63,681 nucleotides of DNA, filler included, from Cercozoa sp. M6MM (GCA_040357565.1; 7 parts of 7 records of this genome joined end to end with filler, not necessarily neighbours in it), one strand, 5' to 3'; positions 15,491 to 26,886 are shown, numbered from the whole stretch's first letter. Notes: generated by a model from the letters alone, not told the origin. Numbers and translations are program-made.

Positions 15491-15682
15491 CGTCATTGTC
15501 ATTGATTTCCGGTTTCCAATAGCATCGTGCGTACCTGACACCTGACCTCTCAGGATAGTACAGTTGTAAGTTGTATATAAGTAAATTTAAGTCCACCCTG
15601 TACGTGAAACTTGTTGCCTGTGCAACTTCAGTTGAAATTGAAATTAATTTGAATGTGTGATTGTCGTCTTCAGTGTCCGACT

Positions 15683-16396
15683 TTAGCTAAATTTACAGTT
15701 CAACATAAAAAATACTGACTCTGGTGTGCCGCTGATCCCTATGCAAGGCCCATCTGTACCATAAATCGACTCTGAGAGTTCCCCGATTTCGTGTCTGATA
15801 GTATCGATTTGCGACTGTATGTTTAGCGCAGCTTCTCGATCCCCGTCCGATCTAAGTTTTACAATGTAAATACATCCATCACAGAAGTCCAAGTAAATTT
15901 CCACACATCTGAATGCGTGTCCGGTCGTGTTTAAATTTAAGTTTACATTGCGCACATCGAAATCAGCAGTTTTCGTTGGAAACGAAGCCTTTCGACATCT
16001 TTCAACAACTGAGTTTTTTCCTTCTTCAGTTTTTCGACCTGAATGTTGTCTGCTTTCGTAGTGGGGACGTCGGTTCCATGAGATTCCTTGCCTTTGGGTC
16101 GTTGAATTATCCACGAAGCAGTGTCTTCATCGAATGAAATTGTTGTGCCTACAGTGCGACCGGAGATGCAGAGAGATGGAGTACTTAAATTTACTGTCAC
16201 ACCCATAAATACAAATACCTGCACCCTTAAAGTCAATGGCCAAGTTAAACTCGCGCAGCTGTTCTTTGCTTTCTTCTCTGTCAGTCCGACGTATCGATAA
16301 AACTGAAGCACATGCATGAGTATCAACAGAGAGTTACGACTGAGCCGATTTTGAGCGAAAACGCTTTAGACCCTTAAAGAAACCCCAGCGAGACAT
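15683..16396 (-). CDS. Small coiled-coil protein, tentatively Chibby-like; exon structure not fully resolved
   Basis: PSLCISG...ISFDEDTASWII...VEKLKKEKTQLLKDVERLRFQRKLLISM resembles the Chibby core and coiled coil. The 5' splice frames did not join cleanly. Confidence 0.35.
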
Positions 16397-16674
16397 GCTG
16401 CGTGAACCGATACACGAAATGAGTCGAGACACCTTTGAAAGTGCTCCTTCAGAAGCAGCGTTTTTCTTCAGTTGCAAAACTGGGCCAAAAGAGAGCTTCC
16501 GCGTGGATACGGACAAAAACTACTCGTATCTCGCATACAGAAACCATGGCATTGCCAGCTTAGAGAGACAGTTGCCCCGTCTTCACACTCACAACAGGGG
16601 TAAATATTTCTTGACTTGTCACAGTAAACATTTTTCAACTCAAACCTGAGATAATGCGCAGGCAGATCACACGG

Positions 16675-17005
16675 ATGGAACAGCAAATCTTTTCGGCAGA
16701 GCAAATAAAGGTACCCGAAGAATTACCTGAGTTACTCAAAGACTTCGCGCGCGAAGCCATTCGATACCAACCGGACAACATGATAGAGTTTGCAAAGGAG
16801 TAAGTTTTGCATCCTCAACATCTTTACAGAGTCCATGAGACTCACTGCTTGTTTGCGCAGATACTTCGTTCACAAATCTGAAGGAACGCTTGACACGTGG
16901 CTCGACGAGCTGCGAAAGGAGCTGGATGCAAAAAACGACGCTGCCGCTATCAAACACGAACAGGTCGACGATGACACGATCAAGGAGTCTAACGACGAGC
17001 AGTAA
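16675..17005 (+). CDS. Short RIIa (D/D) domain protein, RSP11/ropporin-like radial-spoke type; 2 exons
   Basis: MEQQIFSAEQIKVPEELPELLKDFAREAIRYQPDNMIEFAKEYF matches the RIIa domain N-terminus of RSP11/ropporin-like proteins. Confidence 0.75.
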
Positions 17006-17418
17006 CGCACTGTAGCGTAGTAATTGCATCGATCGAATTCGAACGGAACTTCTCTTAAGGTCCGCCGTGAACGTTGGAAACGTATCTGGTAACTGAACGT
17101 ACTAGGTAACGTAACACAACAGATGAATACCGTACGGCGCGGTACTGGTACTAATTCAGAAGAAATGTTGCGCTGCACGCCGCCGGGCGCCTACAGCTAG
17201 TAGCGTAGATCGCGAACTCATGGATACAACGTCCTACCTTAAGCAGGCGGTCGGGTAGACACAACCATGCAATTGTGACTCACCCCAGACTGGTGCAGGG
17301 GAACTACTTAGTTGGTTTCATATAGGACTCAACTAACTAACTCACGGAGACACAACACTTGAGTTCACGTGTACAAGCATGTCGTATCAGTCAGTTGCTC
17401 AGCTCACAAGTGCCAGTG

Positions 17419-18255
17419 TCAGTGTCTGAGTGTGAGCAGCGCGACCGAGACGCCGAAAGCTCCGGCAGCGGAAGCGGTGACAGCGCTGCTGCAGTCCTCC
17501 TCCTGCTGCACGATCGTCGCGGGTTCGTTGAGCGACGTCAGCGTTTGACCGCACATGAAGTAGTCCTGCGACACACGAAACGATCATAACGCTCCAGCAG
17601 TGGACACGAAGGCTGCACTACCTTGTCATTCTCTTTTCGCGTCGTGCATTCGTCAGTGCAGCGATCGAACCGGATGGCGGAAACATCGTCCTCGGCAACG
17701 ATAGAGGCGTCGACTGTAACACAACAGAGGTCGAAACAGATACAAAGCCTGGGTTTCAAGACACTAACGACACAATACCTTCTGCGTACAACTCGCACTT
17801 CTTCTTCTTCAAGCCGCCGCCAACCCAGCCAAGCTGCGAATCGAAACAAGAAACAGAAAACATCGAGTGGAAACCTGCAGAAGAGTAGAACAAGCAGGGT
17901 ACCTGACACAAAGGCTCGGTCTTCTCCTTGTTGGTGAACAGATGGCACTGGAAGTAGCCATCAAAGTCGCGCTTCGCTTGCTTCACGTGCGTGGTCAGCA
18001 TGGAAGCACACTCCTTGCACGCGGTCTTGCAAGAATCATCCCAGCCTTCCTTAAAGGTATCGCACGCGTCCTGCAAGTTCGCCTTGTCCAAAAACATGCC
18101 ATCTGGACTGCGCTCATATGGAACCGTGAGCAGTTTCAAGTCAGATCAACAGGCAAGGCTAACGAATTGACGAATTGATGATCATACCACTTGTCAGCTC
18201 GCACAGTCGACAGCGATGCCATAAAGGCAAGAAGAGACACCCTCAGAAGCTTCAT
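17419..18255 (-). CDS. Secreted 12-Cys protein with a probable GPI-anchor signal; 5 exons
   Basis: Spliced product starts with a signal peptide (MKLLRVSLLAFMASLSTVRA) and ends DCSSAVTASAAGAFGVSVALLTLRH*. Four GT-AG introns keep the frame open. Confidence 0.7.
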
Positions 18256-18620
18256 CGTGTTTCGGTCCTGTTCGGAGTGATGTTCTGTCGGCTCAAAGCA
18301 CGTGTTTGTTGACCCAAGCCGATCCTTTCACACCAAGTTACTTGTGGAGGTGCTTGAAGTTACACACTCACGTGCAGACACCCAAGGTGAAGGGGGTTGC
18401 TCGTGCTAGCAATCAACAGGCTGCTAAGCCAGTGTTTTAAATTTAGTCTAAAACCTGATACCGGCACTCCATACCAAAATGGTACCGTATCCGCAGCAGC
18501 CCGTGTATCTGCAAGCGTGCAGTGAGTGTTTTTACTAAAGCAGGTGATTTTTACTGTCAAGTGTACGCAGTACTTTTTGTGGAAATCTGATTATTTTTTT
18601 TGCTTTGCAGCGCAGGCGGC

Positions 18621-20381
18621 ATGTCTAGCGACGGGCCAGACTTTGTGGCACTCGCCAAAGTGGCCACCGAGGCATCGATTACGAATCCAAAGTTGCTGAA
18701 GCAGGTCGTTTCAACATTTGGTCTGCCGACGGTACCCTCGCTTCCTCAGACTTGTTTCCTTTGGTTCTCTTGACGCCTGGTGAATGCTGTGTAGGCCGGA
18801 GGTGTCCCCGAGCAGTTGACCGTGCTAAAAGCAGTAATATCCAGTTTTGTTGTTCTGCTGTGAAATGATGTTGTTGCTTGTCCAGCACATTGCCGAGAAA
18901 GGTCTGATCTCGGCCAAGTCCGGCAAGGAGATCTCCAAGAAGAAGCTTAGGCCATTACGCCGTCTGCTGGACCCGGAAGCAGAAACAGCAAAGCCGAAAC
19001 CAGCGCCAAAGCAGGCAAAGCCGAGCAAGAAACCAGTGGCCAAAAAGCAGACGGAAAAGCCGGCCGAAAAGCCTGGTCCACTGCAGTACGACGATGAGCA
19101 AGTACTCATTATATTATTTCTCTCTCTCTTCTCTCTTTCTCTCTCTTTCTCTCTCCCTCTCTCGGTTTCACACGCTATGTTTCGCATGTGTTTGACAGCG
19201 CATGCGAAAGCACCGAAAGAAGGAAGTGCTGGCGAGAAAGCACGTGCCTCGCGACAAGCAGGCCGTGTGTTTCCGTCACCTGCCGCACTACGAGCCCGAA
19301 GCCTGCTTGTCACTGGTGACTCGTGAACGTATCGCGCGTGTGCACCCTGCCGTCAAGACTGCCGGAATCGAGGCTGCTGGAGGCTTCTGCACCGGCGACG
19401 GCGCTCGATGTGCGGTACCACGAGAGCTCTTGTTCTGTTTTCCTCGGATACCTTTGCATGTGTGTGTACTCAGGCCATGTTGCGTGCATTCGCTGCTTTC
19501 TTTGCCGATTTCGGTCTCAATGACGGTACCAAACTCTCTGTAATCACAGCTGCTTGTTGTTATTGCCAAATAAAGCAGAGAGTGACGACACGGAACGTGA
19601 CCTGACACGCGCGCTGGACCGTGACATCCAAGTGCAAGTGCGCTACCTGAACGACTGCCGGCCAAAGTCACCGAGTATGGGCGTGCTGATCAAGCGAATG
19701 AAAGGTGTCGTCAGTCGGTGTGCCACGGAGAGACTCAGTGCTGTCGAGTTGCGTCAGAAACTTGAAGCCTGGTGTCATGAGCAGGTCGACAAACTGGTAG
19801 TTTTTGCTTTTGTTTTTCTTTGCTTTCCTTCTTACTTTCACTTGCTTTCATTCTTGCTGTCATTTGTCTTCACTTGCTCTCATTCTATTCTTGCTTTCAT
19901 TCTTGCTTTCACTGGTTAAACTGTGTCTTGAGGCAGCTCGCAGCGCAAACGCACATTGCAATGCAGACGTCGTCACTGCTGCGAGGCAGCAAGGGTGCCT
20001 CTGCACAACAGGGCGAAGCTATCGAAGCCTTCGATTTGGAGGATGCGCCGATTGTGGTGGCCACTTTCGGTCGTTCCTCGCTGGTGGAACGAGCGATCCT
20101 GCAGGGTACACACGTGCTGCTGTCTTGGTTGTGTTTGTTGGGAAAGTGTGTGTGTGTACTACAGCGAGAAGAGACGGCGTCAGATTGCGTGTTATTGTGC
20201 TCGATGAACACACGCGTCATGAGGGCTGTGAGTTGGCCCGCGCGCTGCTGGATGACCCGGTGCCAGTGCACGTGACACTCAGCACACTATCGGCCGTGAG
20301 TCACGTGATGGACCAGGTGACGCACGTGCTCGTTGGTGCCAACGCCATCTTTGCTAATGGCTTCGTGCAGTGTCGGGTTGG
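18621..20381 (+). CDS. EIF2B4: Translation initiation factor eIF2B delta subunit; 3' truncated by the gap
   Basis: Motifs FRHLPHY, VHPAV, GDGARCAAMLRAF, YLNDCRPKSPSMG, ATFGRSSLVE and VLVGANAIFANGFVQCRVG. Confidence 0.85.
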
Positions 20382-20601
20382 GTACTTCAATAATATCTAC
20401 CATATACATACAAACATATATATATATATATATATNNNNNNNNNNNNNNNNNNNNNNNNNNNNNNNNNNNNNNNNNNNNTTAATTAATTAANNNNNNNNN
20501 NNNNNNNNNNNNNNNNNNNNNNNNNNNNNNNNNNNTGTGTGTGTGTGTGTGTGTGCATGTGTGTGTGTGTGTGTGCATATGGCAATAAATTGGTGTTGCA
20601 G

Positions 20602-22041
20602 GTGGATGCACAAGATGACCCACTGCTGGTGACGCGCGGTATGGACGACGTTGTCAAGGTTTGGGACATGCGCAAGATGATCAAGAAGCGTCCGATCTCG
20701 ACCTTTGTACCGCTTGTCTTTTTGTGTATCTGCGTGTGTCCACTTTGACTTGCTGTGTGACAGACGGGCCTCACGTGTGACATGTTCGGCGGTCTGTGCG
20801 TGTCGCCGGACCAGAACTATGCCGTCGTTGGCACCACTCGTACTTCCCCTGCTCGACCTTTTAGGCGAAGATCTGATTTTATTGTTGTTTGACAGGCGAG
20901 GAAGACACCGGTGCCGACAAGAAGCGTCGCGTGGCCGAGCTGAAGGTGCTCGAACTGGCTTCTGGCGAAATCATTCACTCCATGGACGGTACACATTTGC
21001 CGGCTCTTTCTATCTTTGTCTGTGTCACCGTGGACAATGCGGATACTTGCGCAGTCGGAACTGAGAGTGTGGGTCCGCTCGTGTGGCACCCGAAGATTAA
21101 TCAGATTATCGCCGGCACTGGTGGCACTGGTACGCTTTGCATATACTCTAGGGAGGAATATATATATATATATGCATTGTGTGCAATATAGGCGAAGCTG
21201 GCGACTTTGCGGCAGTCGAAGGCGCCGCCCGAGCACCGCAGCGGCAGATCACTGTACTGACCTTATTATCTCTGTGTGCGGCACGTGTGTGTTTGTGTGT
21301 AATCACGAGTTTGCAGACTGAGATGCCGCGATCTATCGTGTTTTACGACGAGCAACTATCGGACAAGGGTGCTCTCATGTGTGCTGGCCGTCTGTTCCGC
21401 AAGAGGTACTTTTATTCGCTGTATGCACGTGAGTGTCTGGTTACGTGCACCCTTGGCCAGGACCAATCGCGACGCCGTCATCAGCGCTGAAGGCAAGATC
21501 TGGACTCCGTTGGCCGAGGAAGATGCCGAGGTATGTCTCTTTCTTGATGTTTTTGTTGTGAGGGCATTAGATATACATTGCGCCTCACAGAGAGCCGAGA
21601 AACGCCTTAAAAGAATGGTGGAGGAGAAGCAGCGTCTGCCCAAGGTACCTCTACTCCTTGAACTCAAGTGTGTCAAAGCTTCCCTACCGATACAATATCT
21701 GAGTAGTACGAGAAACGTCCTGACTGGAGCACGCATCGCCCGACGCCACCGTCGCACGCGCCGGTCAGTCTTGGCCAGGAGATGCCGACCGGTACGCACA
21801 CCCACACAACATATGCTCTGTGTTGGATTATGCCGTGCGTAGAGTCCTTCATCCACCACGTCATGCGCGACCACCTGAACGTCAAGGCAAGACCCGAGCT
21901 TGCGCTCGCGGGCCGCATCCGCAAGAAGCGCGAAGAGCAAGCCAAGCGCGAGGTATTGTTTCTCGGTTCTTTTCGCTAAAGCAATCGCTTTTTCTCTGCC
22001 AGGCTGAAGAAGAGCAGAAAAAGAGGGCCGAACACAGTTAA
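20602..22041 (+). CDS. WDR70: WDR70/GAD-1-like WD40 protein; 3' portion only
   Basis: LVTRGMDDVVKVWDMRK, VSPDQNYAVVGT, LVWHPKINQIIAGTG and VFYDEQLSDKGALMC are colinear with the WDR70 C-terminus. Confidence 0.75.
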
Positions 22042-22752
22042 TTGTGACTAAAACCAACACTGACGTTTTACTTCCTTTATTTAGTCGTCTTCAATACCTT
22101 AGTTACTGGTTTCCATACCGTAAAAGTTACGTACTCTCGTCTCCGCTCCCTACCCCGCACTTGACAATGTAATACAGGAGATACCTAGCAAAACAAATCC
22201 TTCACTATTGACCATACGGTTCAGATTTGATCATCCGCGCTGACGAGTGATCAGATGACAACTTGCTTGTTACCGCAGCCCTCTCAGATAGGGATTAGGG
22301 TACTTTGCCAGAGGTACAAAAAAAAAAGAGTGGCCAAGTGTCAGTTGAAAGAGTGAGTTACCTTAACGGTTCAGTTGGGCGGCAAAGCACTGGCGGACGG
22401 GAAAGTCACCCGTCAGATGGTAACTGAGTTGGCGTGAAGTAAAGAAAAGAAGAGAGAAGAAGGGCCTCTGGTCGAGAGAGCCCTTCTTTGATTTCAGCTG
22501 CAAAAAGCTTGCTCAAGGCCCCCCAGCGAACACATGTCACACGTCAAAATCTTCCACACCTCTCTTGGGGTTTTTTGTACTGTAAGTATTAAAATGGCTT
22601 CCGCGCGGATGCAGTAGATCATGCTGTAACATGCTTGAGAAACGCCCTGTCGTAACATAACGTAGGAGAATTAACAACAATAATTTACGTGGCGGAGCAC
22701 ACGCGACGGCACGAGATTGTGATCCGGCTGTTGCGAGCCTGACGTCGCGCAC

Positions 22753-23520
22753 CTAGCGGCGGCTGACGCGGTAGGCGATGCGGCCGACGCGGTAGGCGAT
22801 GTAGCCCTTGGCACCGAACACGTACTTGATGGCCTTGCCGATGACCTTCTTGACAACAAACTTCTTGACGCGCTTGAAAGCCTTCTTGAGGAAGCCCTGC
22901 GGCAGCACGATATCGTCGTCCATTTTGGCCATCTCGTCAGCAAATTCAATCTCAGTCTCAAGCTTAATCTCCTCCAGAGCCTACACAGAACAGTTTTAGT
23001 GACTACTCACAGAAACGCAAAAGACGAGATTACCTCAGAGGCGATCTGCGAGGCAATGTCAAGCTGCACACCCTCAACCGGGAGGATCTCGGCGTCAAGC
23101 GAGTCGCGCAGACCCGACGCCTGCACGTCGAACGACTGCAGGATCGCATCGTTAATGGCGCCCATGATGGCCTCATCGGTGTCGTCGTCGTTCTCGATCT
23201 CCGCATCAATGTCGAGCTAATTCAGCAAACGCCCATCAATAAAAATACCTACCTTATAGTATTGAGAAAAAGTCTACCGAAGCCTGAAGCGCGATCATGT
23301 CGAGCACAGCGTTCTGCTCATCCGACGCCTGCAGGTCGCTGACCGACAGCTCGAGGCTCTGCCAACACCGACACATTTGTTTATTGGGAAGCGTATTCCT
23401 CGTGACATTTGTCTACAATACCTCAGCCTGGGCGAGGCCGTACTCCAGCTCATCGATCGGACGAGCGATGACGGCGCTGGCTGCGGCAACAATGGCCGTC
23501 AGAGCAAGCAGCAGCTTCAT
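22753..23520 (-). CDS. Secreted prepropeptide (196 aa): signal peptide + acidic pro-region + C-terminal cationic amphipathic peptide; putative antimicrobial/cytolytic peptide precursor. Exons 23520-23422, 23358-23278, 23216-23034, 22980-22753
   Basis: ATG preceded by an A-run. Three phase-0 GT-AG introns (63, 61 and 53 nt) join to a single open frame ending in TAG. Codon bias is similar to actin. The function is inferred from architecture only. Confidence 0.85.
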
Positions 23521-23706
23521 TTTTTTGATTCTGGCACAACAAAATCACTGCACGACCACCGAACCACAAAAGGAGACAGAAACCAGAACACACCTTTCAA
23601 AGTACGGCAGAACACAACACACACACACTCCAGTGATATTAGAGTGACGCGTGGGGGAACAAGTGCACTTTCTTAACTCGCAGAATTGCGATTGCGTTTC
23701 TTGTAT

Positions 23707-23752
23707 AACTCGTCTCGAGACGAGTTGCGATCACTGATTAAAGAAGTGATCG
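23707..23752. promoter_or_regulatory. Perfect 20-bp palindrome plus adjacent 8-bp inverted repeat in the divergent promoter between the peptide precursor and TRM112
   Basis: AACTCGTCTC|GAGACGAGTT at 23707-23726 and CGATCACT-N9-AGTGATCG at 23728-23752. The regulatory role is inferred from position. Confidence 0.4.
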
Positions 23753-23983
23753 TCTCCGAGATCAACATCGCGCTCACTCTACTTCAGTCATAGTGTAAGA
23801 GCGCGAAGGCAGAAGCTAAAACACTGCCAGGTAGCCAAAAGTGCCGCAAACCGTATACATTGATTACTTGTTGATTTTTAGATTGGATTCCATCGTATGG
23901 AATCATGAGCCGAACTGGAGAAAATTCCCCCTGGTCTGTCTCTGGTCTCGCTCGAGGAATTGTGCGTGTGACCATAGTCGATA

Positions 23984-24743
23984 ATGCGGTTGATCGCCCA
24001 CTCGCAGCTTATTTGTACGCGCTGCCGTTTCGCCGGCGGCCTGAAGCTCGCGGCGCGATCGGTGTGTTTGCGTGCCACCGGGACTGTTTCCTCCGCGTGT
24101 CCTGTCGAAGTGGTTTGTGTGCGTGCCTTAGGTGGAGGAGGTTGAAGCCGACTTTAGCGCGGACTTTATGGCGCGCTTCCTGGAGCGACTGAAGGGCGAC
24201 AAACTGCGCAGTGCCGTCGACTCGCTCGTTGCTGCCGGTGTCGATGCGGTACTTGTTGCCTTGTGGGGGGGGGGGGGGGGGGTAAACTGTGCCTGTATAC
24301 TTTCGTTTGCTGCAGACCACTGTGGCGGTTCCAGAGACGCTGCCGGAGACGGCGACTGCTGCCGATGAGCGTACCCTACCTGTAGCCACCTGCCTCGATT
24401 GTAGCCACTATGAATTACCACCTGACAGCACTGCTGAGGCGGCTGCACCACGTGCTGCTCGAACTGGACGTGCTCGAAGGCGACTTGACGTGCCCGTCCT
24501 GCGCGCGCGTCTACAACATCCGGCAGGCCATCCCGAACATGCTGCTCAATGAGGACGAAGTCGACTTCCTCGAGGTACGCTCAGCCGCAGTATATTCTAA
24601 CCTTACCCCCCCCCCCGCTCCGCGACCTGATTGATTCTGACCAAACACAGAAGCGCAACAAAAAGGTCCGAAAGCAAAAGTACCCGCAGAACGAAGACTC
24701 TGGCTCGGATGACGAGTCCGAGGACGCCATGGCCGAGGATTAA
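23984..24743 (+). CDS. TRM112: TRM112 methyltransferase activator with a C-terminal extension; 5 exons
   Basis: [14 protein letters not shown]...[13 protein letters not shown]...[43 protein letters not shown]. Confidence 0.9.
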
Positions 24744-24860
24744 AACGAAACTGACCCCGGCCGCCAGTGAACATGAAAGTAAAAACGAATGATAAGCGGT
24801 ACTTAGAGTTAAGTTTGGTCACACGTCAAGCCGAGTCGAGTTTATCAATGGTCGCGCCAG

Positions 24861-26698
24861 CTAGCGGAACGGGTTGCCGGAACCGTACTCGTGGTCGTCC
24901 TTGTATGCGTCCCAGGCCTGATCCTCCTTGCGCTTGCGCTCGAGCTCCTCCTCGGTCATGTCGTCCTCGTCCTTCTCCTCGGGTGGTCTGCCGTCCATAA
25001 ATAAAAATAAATAAATAAATATAATTTTTAATACATATATATATATATATATATAAAATGCAGGTATAGTGTATAAGCATATGCATACGCCTGCTGCTGC
25101 GGACGGCGGCGCACCATCTCCATCTCGACGTCGAACCACTGCTCGGGCGTCATGAGCCACGGGTTGGCGTTGCGGAAGACGTGCTCGCGCGCGTGTGCGC
25201 GTCGCTCGACCTGCTCGTCGATGCGCGCGTCAAAGGTCTGCACCACCGACGGTTTCTGAGGCCGGCGTTTCTCCTGCAGCTCCCTCATCTGAGCTTCGAC
25301 CTGCGCAACGATGTCGACCTCTCCGTGTGTCTCGTCGTGTGTCTGCTCATGTGTCTGACCGGGCGGGTCGATGCGCACAACCTTGATCGGTCGCTTGGCC
25401 TTGGCACTCTCGCGCACGCGCATGTCGTCATTCTCCAAGGCTGCACGCGGGTCCGACGGATGCAGCGGCCGTGCTGCATTCCATTTGCGTTTGGTAGTAT
25501 GTGTGAGGGAGGGTGCGGAAAGGGTAGGATGCAAAGGGTAGGGTGCAAAAAGGGTAGGATGCAAAGGGTAGGGTGCAAGGGTAAGGTGCAAAAAAGGGTA
25601 GGGTGCAAAGGGGGGTGCAAAGGGGGTGCAAAGGGTGGGGTGCAAAGGGTAGAGTGTAAAGGGTGTAAAGGGTCGTGTGCACAGAGTAGGCGTATGCAGA
25701 GAAAGTACCCATGTCACGGCGGCCGGAGGAAGCGCCGGCGTGTGCGGCCCGTGCCAGCATGAGTTGCTCACGCAGCGAAGTCTGCAGGAGCTGCATGGCG
25801 TCCTGCGCGGCCTGCACCAGTTCGGCCACGTGCAGCTCGCGTTCCTGCTCGAACTCGTCGTCCTCGGCAAAGGCATCGTCGTCGCTGTCCAATGTCGGGT
25901 CCACGACTGTGCCATCCTGCCTGTCCTCCTGTTCCTCCTCCTCGTCAGCTGGCTCGTTGCTGCGACCGACGCGCACGCTGTGTCGCCACCGACGCCGACG
26001 CAGACGCAGCTCTTGCAGAACCTTCTGCGTCTCCTGACGACGCCGCAGCGCGCGCACTTTCTCCGCGCGGACCGTCGCCGCGTTCGCATGTCCGTGCGCG
26101 CAGGGCTAAGGAGGCACAAAAACTCAGTCTGGGGTAGGGTAAGAAACAAAGATACCCCAGCAGTCTCGGACGGTTCGTCGTCCTGCAGCAAGCGCCGCAC
26201 TGCCCTGACATCCTGTTCTTCCAGAAACTCGAGTGCTTCGGCGCGCTGCAGGAAGCGCCGCGCAAACTGCACACTCATGCGCAGCGACGCCTGCCGCGTG
26301 CGCGGACAGAAACGCCTCTCGCCGCTGCAGTCGCTCATCGCCAGATAAACAAAAAAGGCAAGGAGACACTAAGAACAAAGTGCTACCCGGCATCCACAAA
26401 ACACGGACGCAGCGAGAACAACTCGGCGATCCAAAAGTCCAGCAGAGCAAACGGCAGCACACGCGTGCTCAGCTCCTGCAGTCGCTCATCCGTCGTCAGC
26501 ACACCTGCCGCATCGGCCGCCTTGTGGACTTCGATTGCTTCGCGCAGCAACTCGTCGGCATCGGCTGCTCAAACGGTTTCGATGACACACAGACCAGAAC
26601 CAGAATTGCAAAAAACACGCACCTGACTGTGGTGAAACAACACGCCTCTGTAAGCGGCGCAGACGCGTGCCTAGACTTTCTTCTACACTTTCAGACAT
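24861..26698 (-). CDS. IGBP1: TAP42/alpha4 (IGBP1) PP2A-family regulator; multi-exon
   Basis: C-terminal EDQAWDAYKDDHEYGSGNPFR*, upstream AREHVFRNANPWLMTPEQWFDVE, and a helical N-terminal region. Confidence 0.75.
25520..25672. repeat. Intronic minisatellite of AAAGGGTAGG(A/G)TGC-like units
   Basis: Degenerate tandem units inside a TAP42 intron. Confidence 0.85.
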
Positions 26699-26886
26699 TC
26701 GAAGTCTCATAAAACGCAGACTAGCGATCTTTCCAGAGCCAGTTTTTTTTTGCCCCCAGCAGTCCAGAACCGCTTTTGAGTTCGCCAGTTGTTTGTGACA
26801 ACTCTCCACGCGGAGGCCAAACATACAGTAATTTTAACTCACTATATGTTTCTGAGTACCTCCTAGTTCGCACGCCTGGCGCAATC

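Noticed and set aside
22278-22415. TPP/cobalamin riboswitch, RNase P/MRP or telomerase RNA assignment
   Set aside because: Only isolated sub-motifs are present (CTGAGA, CACTG..GGGAA, GAAAGTC, TAGGGATTAGGG), in the wrong order or without partner strands. Kept only as an unassigned structured candidate.
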